Of a stretch of DNA of 60,512 bases, positions 45,713 through 54,778 are shown one piece after another; positions within the stretch are counted from its first letter, which is position 1, and every line of letters starts with the position of its first letter. Under the pieces are notes generated by a model. It made no database searches and was not told where the DNA came from. It saw only the letters and a list, made by a program, of their open reading frames with translations. The stretch is from positions 1 to 60,512 of the IMG/VR virus record IMGVR_UViG_3300010354_006477; one strand, written 5' to 3'. The translations under genes were made by a program, and so were the position numbers. The stretch is from a virus (Duplodnaviria > Caudoviricetes).

Positions 45713-46180
45713 TTAATCGTCGATTATTTCGCCGGTTTTTTGTTGTCCTAGCACTACTTTAAGGTCCATTTTAGTTTTATACGGCCCAACATGTTGGTTG
45801 GTTTTAATAGTAGTAAACCTGGGACAAAGACTACATACCCAGCCGTTTTTAAATTTTAGTCCATACCAGCCTGCTACATGAACGCTTTTACTAGCAGCTT
45901 TTTTAGTAAAAGTAGGATAACCTTCGATTTCTTTTACATTAAAAACTTCTTCTTGATCAGTAGGATACCCCATGACTTCTAGGTGACCGCCATGCGTCAA
46001 GTCTCGAATAACGAATTCGATTCCCAGTTTCTTAAGCTCTTTTGGATCATGTGCTACATAATCCTTGCGACGAAGGTTGATGACATAATTGTCATCCTTG
46101 AAGTTCATCATGCCAACACGCTTGGCATTTTCTTCTAGAATCCAAAACTTATCTTTAATAACACTCTTGGCTAAAATCAT
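45713..46180 (-). CDS. Hypothetical phage protein
   Basis: 155 aa, ATGA-coupled to the nuclease gene. Confidence 0.7.
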   Translation of the reverse strand: MILAKSVIKDKFWILEENAKRVGMMNFKDDNYVINLRRKDYVAHDPKELKKLGIEFVIRDLTHGGHLEVMGYPTDQEEVFNVKEIEGYPTFTKKAASKSVHVAGWYGLKFKNGWVCSLCPRFTTIKTNQHVGPYKTKMDLKVVLGQQKTGEIIDD

Positions 46181-47166
46181 TTGTAAGCCGCTCCCAAATA
46201 CTCACTGTGCTCTGTCATTTTGTCCGCAATGTTTACCAAATTCCACTTGCCGCAGAATTTAACAAAATGTAGTCCGACCTGTTTAACAGGTGGCTTGCTT
46301 GTACTGTCATTAATTACAGTATCTAGTGCTAGTTTAATTTCATCTGGCTGTTCTGTCAAGTCGATCAGCTTCTTATTATGGAGATACCGATCTCGAACTC
46401 GATGCTCTTCGCCATTATGGTCAACCCAACGCTGAAGCATCATATTGTTCCAATTGTAGCCTTTGGTATCTCGATCAGCAAAGGCTTCACGGAGACCAAC
46501 TTTATTCTTTGTGCCTTTTTCCCGAACACCCGGATACGCACTGAATACATTGTCGGAGGAGTCCCCACGCATACATTTCTCAAATAGCAACCATTGCGGG
46601 TCAGGGGCTGGCAAAGGCTCCTTAGTTTTCTTGTCCAAGACTGGTCGCCCTTTTTCATCTAGGATACCTTCGATAGTAATTAGTTGTTTGCTGATGCCAT
46701 TGAACTGGCGAACATTGGGCGCTAGCAATTGATAGAAGTCACTATCGCTGCTGACAATTACATGATTGTCGTCAGGATGATTTTGAATCCAGCGAGCAAT
46801 AAAATCATCAGCTTCACAGTTTTCATGACGAAGTACCGAGCAATTAGTTTTATCATTGAAAAAAGTCTTTAGTTCGTCAAAGGCTTCCCAAAAGATTTTA
46901 TCCTCTTCGGCTTCTTTGGGGCTAAGTGCTGCGCGAGCTGCCGCACGGTTAGCCTTGTAGTTAGTGTCAAAGTCCTTACGCCAACTGCGACCTTCGAGAC
47001 AGATAATGACATGACTGCCTTTGAAGTCACGCCAAACTTTGTTGATGCTGTTAAACATAATATGGTAAGCCATGCCTACCTTAGTTTCAGCATCTTCACC
47101 ACGCACCACATGCCTTGCACGAAAGAACATGTTAGCGGCATCTACCAGCAAATAAGTTTTAGTCAT
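46177..47166 (-). CDS. rnh: T4 RNase H-like 5'-3' exonuclease/flap endonuclease
   Basis: LLVD..N, SWRK, YKANR, EADD, SSDSDFYQL, GDSSDNV, LIDL. Confidence 0.9.
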   Translation of the reverse strand: MTKTYLLVDAANMFFRARHVVRGEDAETKVGMAYHIMFNSINKVWRDFKGSHVIICLEGRSWRKDFDTNYKANRAAARAALSPKEAEEDKIFWEAFDELKTFFNDKTNCSVLRHENCEADDFIARWIQNHPDDNHVIVSSDSDFYQLLAPNVRQFNGISKQLITIEGILDEKGRPVLDKKTKEPLPAPDPQWLLFEKCMRGDSSDNVFSAYPGVREKGTKNKVGLREAFADRDTKGYNWNNMMLQRWVDHNGEEHRVRDRYLHNKKLIDLTEQPDEIKLALDTVINDSTSKPPVKQVGLHFVKFCGKWNLVNIADKMTEHSEYLGAAYK

Positions 47167-47371
47167 TGATATAAGATTCAAGTAATTTTTGATTAATCTG
47201 TTCTCGGAATCCAGTATTAAATTCTTGCAACAGACTCATCCACTCTGTGTACTCTCGTACCGTAAATAAGAATTCTTCCCAAGCATCACTGTCTTGTTTT
47301 TTGAATGATACAAGTACATGATCAGTTCCAACCCAATTTACGCGAAAGTTCCATTGTAGTTTACTTTGCAT
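47159..47371 (-). CDS. Small hypothetical protein
   Basis: MQSKLQWNF..., ATG at 47371 abutting the upstream stop. Confidence 0.5.
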   Translation of the reverse strand: MQSKLQWNFRVNWVGTDHVLVSFKKQDSDAWEEFLFTVREYTEWMSLLQEFNTGFREQINQKLLESYIND

Positions 47372-47372
47372 C

Positions 47373-47693
47373 TTATTTCTTGTCAACTTTTTTACGCCGT
47401 TTTGGTAAAACATCGGCATCGGCAACAAATTTGGCTTCTTCGTCCATTTGAGCACCGATATTCTTACATAGTTCGGTAAACCATTTGTCTACCAACTCTT
47501 CGTCCGTTTTACCTTGATAGCCATGTTGTTTTAGGAATTCGATAAAAGCATTGTTCCATTCCAATTCCATGTAGCCTTGTCGTGGATTACTTTCGTCAAA
47601 GTCTGTGTTAACGACATTGACCCATGGCTCTTTGCTTTCTTTAGGATTAGTTGGCTGTTCTTTTTTGCCAAATAAATTTTTAAAAAAGTTCAT
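47373..47693 (-). CDS. Hypothetical phage protein
   Basis: EPWV.V, ELEWN and WF.ELC pattern; 106 aa. Confidence 0.7.
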   Translation of the reverse strand: MNFFKNLFGKKEQPTNPKESKEPWVNVVNTDFDESNPRQGYMELEWNNAFIEFLKQHGYQGKTDEELVDKWFTELCKNIGAQMDEEAKFVADADVLPKRRKKVDKK

Positions 47694-47857
47694 ACCAGTT
47701 CCTCTACGATACCTAAGATTTCTGCAAAGATTAAACAGACTCCGGCTAGCAAAAGGCTACCTGTAATTAAGAAACAGCCGGCGCCGATTCTGACAATGCT
47801 TTTTACAAGGCTAACATAAAAGTGACCTTTACTTGGATCTTTTGGTTGTATTTCCAT
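47690..47857 (-). CDS. Small membrane protein, 55 aa (not in the ORF track)
   Basis: MEIQPKDPSKGHFYVSLVKSIVRIGAGCFLITGSLLLAGVCLIFAEILGIVEELV, GGAG RBS, ATGA coupling. Confidence 0.7.
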   Translation of the reverse strand: MEIQPKDPSKGHFYVSLVKSIVRIGAGCFLITGSLLLAGVCLIFAEILGIVEELV

Positions 47858-48194
47858 TTTGCTTCTCCATTTCTTTAATGTTATTCAATATAGCATGAGC
47901 AAAGTTCATGGCGGATTGTTTGTTCAAAAGCATGTGATGTTGTTGTTTATGAACACCTTTAAACAAAATATTATAAACTGCTGTTAGTCTTTCACGCCAA
48001 CTTGACCATGTCGGTGTCCATGTATCAACATAAAAACTTACTTCGATATCTGGAATATCAGCATCACGGTCGAGCTCAATCCACATATGAACAGCGTGAT
48101 CATCACTGCCGCAATCGCATTCTACTTTGAATGCTTTGCTCTTTCCGTAATCACCAGTTAGGCTAATACCTTCTGCGGGTTGTTGTGCTTTCAT
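47829..48194 (-). CDS. Hypothetical protein with CxC...H motif
   Basis: VECDCGSDDH; ATGA-coupled. Confidence 0.65.
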   Translation of the reverse strand: MKAQQPAEGISLTGDYGKSKAFKVECDCGSDDHAVHMWIELDRDADIPDIEVSFYVDTWTPTWSSWRERLTAVYNILFKGVHKQQHHMLLNKQSAMNFAHAILNNIKEMEKQNGNTTKRSK

Positions 48195-48421
48195 GTATTA
48201 ATTCTTCCCCAATCGATACGACTCCATAATCTATCGTATAGATAATATGATGTCATCCAGACACAGTTAATAACAATAGTTGGGATCAAAGCCTGCGTAA
48301 GGCTTTGTCCCGTAAGTAATAACATTATGTATGTAGATGCTATTACCCATAATCTATAGATAATAGTTTTAACTAATGTTCTGGTTCTTGTTTCGGTTAC
48401 TTTCCCCAACCGTTGCTCCAA
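48191..48421 (-). CDS. DUF2061-like small membrane protein
   Basis: ETRTRTLVKTIIYR...YYLYDRLWSRIDWG. Confidence 0.7.
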   Translation of the reverse strand: MEQRLGKVTETRTRTLVKTIIYRLWVIASTYIMLLLTGQSLTQALIPTIVINCVWMTSYYLYDRLWSRIDWGRINT

Positions 48422-49257
48422 ATGTCCACATGTAAGCGAGGACTATAACGATAACCACGAGCCAATGCTTCGTCGGCAATGTGTCGTGTATTGCTAAAGT
48501 AAGCAGCATCGGTACCGCCGACGGGCATTACATAAACTGGGCCAGTAAATCCTACACGGCGATATTCTTGAACAGCTCGATCAACTTCATCAAAATCTTC
48601 TTGCTTGTCAATCACAAACTTTAAATAAGTAAAACCAACTTGCGAATATTCCTTGACTACTTCGGGTTTGACAGCGTCTTCCCACAATTCACCACTGGCG
48701 CTGAGCTTAGGACTGACGCTAAAGGTAATGTTGTTGTGTAGAATATGATAGTTGTCTTTGAGAAAATACTTAAACTCACTATGCAGATGTTGAGTGCCAT
48801 TAGTTTCAAATGTCAAGTTACGCAAGCTCTTCATGAGTTTATGGCTCAGCAGTTCAGGATACAGTTGTTGCCAGCCCAGCAAAGGCTCTCCGCCAGTAAT
48901 TACAAGATGCACATCATTGCCGTTACTCTGCACCCAATCATGATTAGGAGTAAGGCGCAGAACAGCATCGACTGCTTCGTCAATGCTATAACTTGGACTT
49001 AGATGTTTGAATGCAGGATGCCAACTAGCGTAACTATCGCAGCCAGTCTTTGCTAATGGCAAGTCCATAAATGACTTGTACAAATGAACTTCGCGCCCAA
49101 TGTCGTCGGGCTCTGTAGTTTTTTGACCCGCAGGCAAGCCAAAGCCTGCACATTTAAAATTACAACCAAATGTGCGTAAAAACACAGAAGGGACGCCAAT
49201 AAAGCGTCCTTCACCTTGTGCGCTATAAAAAATTTCGCTGACTTTAAGTTTTTCCAT
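48397..49257 (-). CDS. queE: 7-carboxy-7-deazaguanine synthase (radical SAM)
   Basis: SEIFYSAQGEG, FLRTFGCNFKC...GCDS, ITGGEP, ETNG, SPKL, SPRLH. Confidence 0.9.
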   Translation of the reverse strand: MEKLKVSEIFYSAQGEGRFIGVPSVFLRTFGCNFKCAGFGLPAGQKTTEPDDIGREVHLYKSFMDLPLAKTGCDSYASWHPAFKHLSPSYSIDEAVDAVLRLTPNHDWVQSNGNDVHLVITGGEPLLGWQQLYPELLSHKLMKSLRNLTFETNGTQHLHSEFKYFLKDNYHILHNNITFSVSPKLSASGELWEDAVKPEVVKEYSQVGFTYLKFVIDKQEDFDEVDRAVQEYRRVGFTGPVYVMPVGGTDAAYFSNTRHIADEALARGYRYSPRLHVDIWSNGWGK

Positions 49258-49474
49258 TATGTGCCTTTTCCTGAGCTTTGCCGTATTTTAACTGAATCAT
49301 ACACGATAAGTCAACATCAATATTACCTTCGATTTGGTAAACATCAAGTTCTTCGGGAGGAACATATCCTTCTTTATTGACAGCTGAAATGGAGCAGTCA
49401 GGATAGTTATCCTTAAGCCAATATTCTAATTGTTTGGCTTGCCAAAAATTAATTTGTATTAGCATTCGTGACAT
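49244..49474 (-). CDS. Small hypothetical protein
   Basis: MSRMLIQ...; fills the gap between the HIT gene and queE. Confidence 0.5.
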   Translation of the reverse strand: MSRMLIQINFWQAKQLEYWLKDNYPDCSISAVNKEGYVPPEELDVYQIEGNIDVDLSCMIQLKYGKAQEKAHNGKT

Positions 49475-49883
49475 TTTGTGTGTAGTCACCTTTTCCTGGA
49501 ATAACATGTCTAACACCACCACGAGGATTAGCACAGTCCCCATCTTTGCGAAGAATCAAATGTATGTGCGGCCACATTACAGTTTGTCCTGCTGCTTCGC
49601 CATAGTTCATACCAACATTAAAGCCATCACATAATTCTTGATCAACAAACACCGCACCTTGCTTGACTGCGGCATTTAGACATTCGGCAATATTATCCAT
49701 GTCGTTGGTTTTTGGAACAAATAAGAAATGTCCTGCTTCGCTAACCGGAAAGCCGTCACGGAAAACAAGCATAGAATCATTTTCCTTAATTGGATCGCGC
49801 CATGGATGATCTTCTAATACAAAATGTTCGACATCAAACTTAATGGTCATTTCTGATTTCTTTTTTGAACTTTTTCTTTTCAT
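49449..49883 (-). CDS. HIT-family nucleotide hydrolase
   Basis: D.FPVS..GH.L.VPK and FNVGMNYGEAAGQTVMWPHIHLI. Confidence 0.85.
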   Translation of the reverse strand: MKRKSSKKKSEMTIKFDVEHFVLEDHPWRDPIKENDSMLVFRDGFPVSEAGHFLFVPKTNDMDNIAECLNAAVKQGAVFVDQELCDGFNVGMNYGEAAGQTVMWPHIHLILRKDGDCANPRGGVRHVIPGKGDYTQNVTNANTN

Positions 49884-50425
49884 ATTTCACCTGTAAATGG
49901 TTCTTCCCACGGAAACACAATCCATGGATCTTGCTCGGGGTCTTTAGTATGGACAGTGTAATCCATAGCATATTTAGAGTTGCTGGCCGGATTATCCCAT
50001 AGAGTGGCAAATCTTACATTACCGTTCCAAAGATTATCCCACGCTGGATCATTTGGCATACAACCTGATGGCCAATCCTTGACGATCCAATTAAATGTAG
50101 CGCCGCTGTCGTTGATATCGTCGACAATGAGAATATTTTTTCTTAGTGCCGGATTACTAGCACCAGGTAAGTCGTCAACTCGATGATAGCCAAATGCGTC
50201 CTCGGCCATACCAAGATCACTAACACATTCGCCGCCGTCACGGAGACTGACCTGTAGAGGCTTCATTGGTATGTTCATGAAGTTGCTTAATGCTACAGCC
50301 AAGGGCAAGCCACCGCGACTAACGCCTACAATGTAATCCGGTTGCCATTCTGATTGCCAAATTTGTCGTGCTAGTTCAATCACATCGCGATCAAACTGAC
50401 GCCAGGAATAATAAATCTTATTCAT
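49880..50425 (-). CDS. Type I phosphoribosyltransferase, Gpt-like
   Basis: VGVSRGG, PRPP loop ILIVDDINDSGAT, WIVFPWE. ATG at 50425. Confidence 0.9.
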   Translation of the reverse strand: MNKIYYSWRQFDRDVIELARQIWQSEWQPDYIVGVSRGGLPLAVALSNFMNIPMKPLQVSLRDGGECVSDLGMAEDAFGYHRVDDLPGASNPALRKNILIVDDINDSGATFNWIVKDWPSGCMPNDPAWDNLWNGNVRFATLWDNPASNSKYAMDYTVHTKDPEQDPWIVFPWEEPFTGEI

Positions 50426-50564
50426 TGTTAACCTTGCAGTTACAGGGCCTGCGACCTTGATAGCAATCGCCAGCACAGCCAGGTTTAATAAAACCTTTGA
50501 ATGAAGCTAAAACTAGCAAAGCAAAGCCAATTAGTATTGTTAGTATTGACAGGAAGACAATCAT
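50418..50564 (-). CDS. Small membrane-anchored Cys-rich protein, 48 aa (not in the ORF track)
   Basis: MIVFLSILTILIGFALLVLASFKGFIKPGCAGDCYQGRRPCNCKVNNE, ATGA-coupled. Confidence 0.65.
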   Translation of the reverse strand: MIVFLSILTILIGFALLVLASFKGFIKPGCAGDCYQGRRPCNCKVNNE

Positions 50565-50911
50565 TTCTTAGTTTTCTTGGTTACTGTTTTCTTAGCTACT
50601 GGTTTTTTCTTAGCAGTTATTTTAGCAGCAGGAATGTTAGACTCAAATTTAAGAGTAGCAGCCTGCACATCGCGTAATAATGCTTCGTCGTCCCACTTTA
50701 GTTCTGTACGACCATCTGCCCATGTAGTTACAGTTAAGTGACTGCCTTTAACAATAACAGGATTTAGATCTGATTGTTTAATCTTGCTAGGCTTTTTACG
50801 AGCAGGCTTTTTGTCTTCAATGACTATGTCGGCAAAAGCATCGTTTAGTTCGTCAACTTGATCATCAAGCCAATCAGTTTTCTTAGAAGTTTTCTTTTTT
50901 GTTGCCATCAT
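50561..50911 (-). CDS. Lys-rich hypothetical protein
   Basis: Basic N- and C-terminal tails, GGAG RBS. Confidence 0.65.
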   Translation of the reverse strand: MMATKKKTSKKTDWLDDQVDELNDAFADIVIEDKKPARKKPSKIKQSDLNPVIVKGSHLTVTTWADGRTELKWDDEALLRDVQAATLKFESNIPAAKITAKKKPVAKKTVTKKTKK

Positions 50912-51321
50912 TCTTCTCCATTAAATTCTTCACCAGTATCCTCGTTTATTAATTTAAGAGGACCAAAAATCCAATACTCTGATTCGTCGAGTGTCCAACC
51001 GTCTCCTTCGAGACCGTCAAAATAATCTTCATCCCATAGAGCTTCGATGCGCTCTTGTTCATCTTCATCCATGTCATCAGGCCAGGTCCATTCTTGCCAA
51101 CACCCGTCCATCATTTCTTCCATTTCCCACTCTTCTTCTTGACTGTACTGTTCCCAGCCATCCGGATTAGTAAGATCGATATCAGGCATGTCATCACTTT
51201 CGCAAGTCCATGTACCCCAACGGAAGCCTTCTTCCTTGATAATAGTAACGCCGTCTTTAGTCCAGAACTGTCGTTCAACAGCTGACTTTTTGTGTAGGTT
51301 AGTAATTTTCCAGATAGCCAT
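50908..51321 (-). CDS. Highly acidic Trp-rich protein, paralog of 51656..52066
   Basis: Shared MAxWK...ERQxWTKxG and LKLxNxDTGE motifs. Confidence 0.7.
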   Translation of the reverse strand: MAIWKITNLHKKSAVERQFWTKDGVTIIKEEGFRWGTWTCESDDMPDIDLTNPDGWEQYSQEEEWEMEEMMDGCWQEWTWPDDMDEDEQERIEALWDEDYFDGLEGDGWTLDESEYWIFGPLKLINEDTGEEFNGEE

Positions 51322-51324
51322 GAT

Positions 51325-51654
51325 TTAATCCCTCACTTGAGTCTTTAAACAACCAAATACAATCCATGGAATAATAGCTATATAAGGGATAAAAATAGCC
51401 GCTGTAAACCAAGGATTAATTCCAGCATCGCGACAACGCCTGGCAGTAGTTGCCATTACTACCCATGTTAGCGGAACGATTAGTAAAAATATAAACACAC
51501 CTATGGCAATTGTTCCGCTCGGACCAGATCCAACACTAATCAGTGTAGCAAGCATTACTACGGCAAAAAATACAAGGTACGCGACTATTTGAGTTCCCCA
51601 ATATTCCGATCTAGTTGCTTGTCCGTAAAAGCTAAAATATTTTTCTATGTTCAT
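51325..51654 (-). CDS. DUF805/YhaH-like membrane protein
   Basis: FSFYGQATRSEYW and ARRCRDAG with transmembrane helices. Confidence 0.85.
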   Translation of the reverse strand: MNIEKYFSFYGQATRSEYWGTQIVAYLVFFAVVMLATLISVGSGPSGTIAIGVFIFLLIVPLTWVVMATTARRCRDAGINPWFTAAIFIPYIAIIPWIVFGCLKTQVRD

Positions 51655-51655
51655 A

Positions 51656-52066
51656 TTACTCTCCTATCCATTGTTCGCCAGTGTCTTGATTAACAAGTTT
51701 TAGTTTACTATAGATTAGGTATTCGGTATTTGCCTTAACCCATCCGTCAGCAGCCATACCGGCATCTCCGTTGCTTTCCCATAGAAGCTTGATACGCTCT
51801 TGCTCGGCCTCAGGAGTGTTCACAGTAAACACCCATTTGTTCCATGCTTGATCAGTAGCAGAGTCTAGTTGCCAATTGTACTCGCTGTTAGTGATACTGT
51901 AACCAACTGGATTAGCTAGATCAACATTAGGTCGTTGATCACTTTGAACTGTCCAAAATATTTGCATCCAACATTGGTCACGCACAGCCTTAATGCCGTT
52001 TTTAGTCCACATTTGTCTTTCGATAGTATTTCTATCGTATTTGGTTGATAGCTTCCATGTTGCCAT
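51656..52066 (-). CDS. Hypothetical protein, paralog of 50908..51321
   Basis: Alignable end to end with 50908..51321. Confidence 0.7.
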   Translation of the reverse strand: MATWKLSTKYDRNTIERQMWTKNGIKAVRDQCWMQIFWTVQSDQRPNVDLANPVGYSITNSEYNWQLDSATDQAWNKWVFTVNTPEAEQERIKLLWESNGDAGMAADGWVKANTEYLIYSKLKLVNQDTGEQWIGE

Positions 52067-52067
52067 T

Positions 52068-52427
52068 TTATTTCCTTAGTTCATCCATCATCCATTGATG
52101 AGCAGCATCCTTAAGGTAAGGATATTTTTTAGCAGTTTCTTCGTCATTGCTGACATCTACAATAAACTGCTTCATAAGTTTAACGACTTGAATCCAGTCA
52201 TTGACAGATATAGTTCCAGCCTTGGTAGTAATTTTGCCATCTAGATCAATCTGTAGTACAGGTTCAGCATTATTGCGTATTTGAAACGCCGACGAGTATT
52301 GCGTGGCACCACTAATAGCTCCTCCTGGTATTACTCCGATGTTACCTGTACCGCCATTGGCAATCATTGTGCCCACTGACACAGAGCTCTGCGGCCAATT
52401 CAGCGAAGATTGATTATAGATAGTCAT
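52068..52427 (-). CDS. Hypothetical phage protein
   Basis: 119 aa. Its KYPYLKDA segment resembles KYPSLDEA in 54775..55128. Confidence 0.6.
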   Translation of the reverse strand: MTIYNQSSLNWPQSSVSVGTMIANGGTGNIGVIPGGAISGATQYSSAFQIRNNAEPVLQIDLDGKITTKAGTISVNDWIQVVKLMKQFIVDVSNDEETAKKYPYLKDAAHQWMMDELRK

Positions 52428-52605
52428 TGTGCTGTGTTATACGCCAAGCACTGATGCCTTGCTTTTGCTTTTTTGTTTTAGAAGATTCAATGTAAGTAAT
52501 TCTAACTTCTACATTATTGTCTTCTAAAACTTCCATCAAACGATTAACTTCGGCAACATGATCCTTCAACTGATTGACAAGATCTTCAATAACAGGATCC
52601 TTCAA
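52414..52605 (-). CDS. Small hypothetical protein
   Basis: 63 aa directly after folE; TTG start. Confidence 0.5.
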   Translation of the reverse strand: MKDPVIEDLVNQLKDHVAEVNRLMEVLEDNNVEVRITYIESSKTKKQKQGISAWRITQHNDYL

Positions 52606-52607
52606 TT

Positions 52608-53288
52608 TTACCTCGCACAGTTATTGACAATGTTCATGAACTCTGCTCGAACAGCAGGCTCGTTCTTGAAGCAACCACCTAGCTTGCTGGTAACAGTTGA
52701 ACTACCAGTATCTTCGACGCCACGCGATTTCACGCAATAATGTTGAGCATCAATGACTACTGCTACATTTTCTGTTTCTAGAATGAAACTCAGTGCGTGA
52801 TAAATCTGCTCAGTTAGTCGCTCTTGAATTTGTGGACGCTTGCTAAAGTATTCTACAATGCGATTGATCTTGCTGAGACCTAGAACTTTTTGATTCGGTA
52901 TATAAGCTACAGTTGCCAAACCATCGATGACTACAAAATGGTGTTCGCAGTTGCTTTGAACATTGACATTGCGCTCAACAACCATCTCGTCATACTTCAT
53001 CTTGTTGTCTACTGTAGTGCATTTTGGAAATGCATCGTAGTCTAGACCCCAGAAGATTTCGTTGACATACATTTTTGCTACACGCTTGGGTGTTTCCATT
53101 AGACTGTCATCGTCTAGGTCGAGTCCTAGAACTTGCATAATATGGCTGAATGACTTTTCGATCTCTGCAATTTTATCTTTACGATCTAGTGCAGTTTGAA
53201 AAGTTGGAGTTTCTACTCCCATCTTAACTAGATGCTCGTGTACTCGTTGACCCAATTCTGGATCGGTTTTAGTTTTGTTATAAGACAT
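52608..53288 (-). CDS. folE: GTP cyclohydrolase I
   Basis: ETPKRVAKM, SNCEHH, GLSKINR, RPQIQERLT, HYCVKSRG. Confidence 0.97.
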   Translation of the reverse strand: MSYNKTKTDPELGQRVHEHLVKMGVETPTFQTALDRKDKIAEIEKSFSHIMQVLGLDLDDDSLMETPKRVAKMYVNEIFWGLDYDAFPKCTTVDNKMKYDEMVVERNVNVQSNCEHHFVVIDGLATVAYIPNQKVLGLSKINRIVEYFSKRPQIQERLTEQIYHALSFILETENVAVVIDAQHYCVKSRGVEDTGSSTVTSKLGGCFKNEPAVRAEFMNIVNNCAR

Positions 53289-53349
53289 ATATGAATCCTT
53301 CCTTACTCGGATATGATAATTGAAATTTGTTACCGTTGTGTAACATATC

Positions 53350-53388
53350 TATTTATACTACTATACAGGTTTATTTTGGTTTTGTCAA
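53350..53388 (-). promoter_or_regulatory. Tandem early (TTGACA-17-TATAGT, 53360-53388) and late-type (TATAAATA, 53350-53357) promoters for folE
   Basis: Both motifs read directly in the intergenic gap. Confidence 0.65.
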
Positions 53389-54308
53389 CCTCTTCGCCGA
53401 GGCGGCCTTACCACCGGCCCGCGAGGTATTTCATCTCGCCGGCGACGACCGGTAAGTGCTGATTTATTTTTCTCTGCTTCTTCCCGTTCGATTCGTTGGG
53501 CTTCTCGAATTTGATTATTGATCTCAACTTGAGTTTTGAGTAAACTCATATCAACATTTTTGGCTTCTGCCGAAGCTAATATAGCACTAACATCCTTAGG
53601 GAAACAAGCGCCAGCATAACCAACATCTCCGTTATCGCCGGGAACACGATAATGCGAGTCACCGAGCCTTAGGTCTTCTTTACATACTAATGCCATTTCG
53701 TCCCAATTTACACCCTGACTCTTACACCAATTGGCAAATTGATTATTAAAAATAACTTTGGTTGCTAGCCAACTGTTGGCATAGTATTTCATTGCAGCAG
53801 CCGATCCGATATCAGTTTTGACAATTCGGGCCTTAGTTTTGTAAGTTAAATCGCTAGTAATTACAAACTGAGCTATGGTATTAGCAACATTTGGATGACC
53901 GCCAATAACAATTAGTCTAGGATACATGTAGTCTTTAAGTGCATTGGCTGCGGTTAAAAATTCTGGCATATGAGCCAATTTAAATTTATATTTTTTATAA
54001 GGACCGCATTCTTTTTCGATACTAATATAAAATTCCGGAGGCGCAGTTGATTTGCAGATTACTATACCTTCGTAGTCTATCAGACTATCTAACACACCTT
54101 TCAATATACTGGTATCGCAACTGCCATCTTCTGCCATGGGTGTGGGCACACAGACATAAAGCCATCCCGTATTAGCCTTAATATCTTCAATAGTATATTG
54201 TTCCCATTCCTCTAGAGCATAGGGATCATTGATCATAATAGTGTTTCTATCATGACAATCTGCAATGGCTTTGCCTACATATCCATATCCAATAACGCCT
54301 ATTCTCAT
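53385..54308 (-). CDS. ugd: UDP-glucose/GDP-mannose dehydrogenase family protein, short form
   Basis: GYGYVG, CVPTP, KST, PEFL, KYYAN and GYAGACFPKD catalytic Cys. Confidence 0.85.
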   Translation of the reverse strand: MRIGVIGYGYVGKAIADCHDRNTIMINDPYALEEWEQYTIEDIKANTGWLYVCVPTPMAEDGSCDTSILKGVLDSLIDYEGIVICKSTAPPEFYISIEKECGPYKKYKFKLAHMPEFLTAANALKDYMYPRLIVIGGHPNVANTIAQFVITSDLTYKTKARIVKTDIGSAAAMKYYANSWLATKVIFNNQFANWCKSQGVNWDEMALVCKEDLRLGDSHYRVPGDNGDVGYAGACFPKDVSAILASAEAKNVDMSLLKTQVEINNQIREAQRIEREEAEKNKSALTGRRRRDEIPRGPVVRPPRRRG

Positions 54309-54778
54309 TGTTTTAATTCTTTCATCATTTCTGCTTCGGTCACTCGACGACGAAGATTGCTACTGCTAAAACTGTGATCCCTACTGTTAAAAACTAACTC
54401 TATGCCACAATCGCCGCAAACATCTCTACCAGTAAAATTTTCGTTACGATACTCGATGCCAAGAATTCTTACATCAATTGGTAATGTCAATAGAATATCG
54501 ATTAAATCTTGTTCAGTTTCATAAACTACTATTTCGTCTACATAACGAACAGCCGCCAACTGTATTTGTCTTTCGACAATTGTTTGTACTGGCTTATTCT
54601 TAGTACCGGGACGATCGATAGTGGGATCAGTTTGTAAACCCGCAATTAAATAGTCACAATGATTCTTTGCTTCAGCTAACATAGCAACATGCCCTGCGTG
54701 TAGCAAATCAAAAGTACTAAAGGTTATACCAATTCGATAACCTTTTTGTTTAAGTTCGCGGATCTTATTAAATATCAT
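54305..54778 (-). CDS. Cytidylyltransferase, TagD/RfaE-like
   Basis: FSTFDLLHAGH (HxGH), YVDEI, RDHSFSSS. Confidence 0.9.
   Translation of the reverse strand: MIFNKIRELKQKGYRIGITFSTFDLLHAGHVAMLAEAKNHCDYLIAGLQTDPTIDRPGTKNKPVQTIVERQIQLAAVRYVDEIVVYETEQDLIDILLTLPIDVRILGIEYRNENFTGRDVCGDCGIELVFNSRDHSFSSSNLRRRVTEAEMMKELKQ

Noticed and set aside
47358-47386. TTGACA-17-TAAACT promoter-like match
   Set aside because: It overlaps coding sequence and a start codon and has a weak -10, so it may be chance in AT-rich DNA.
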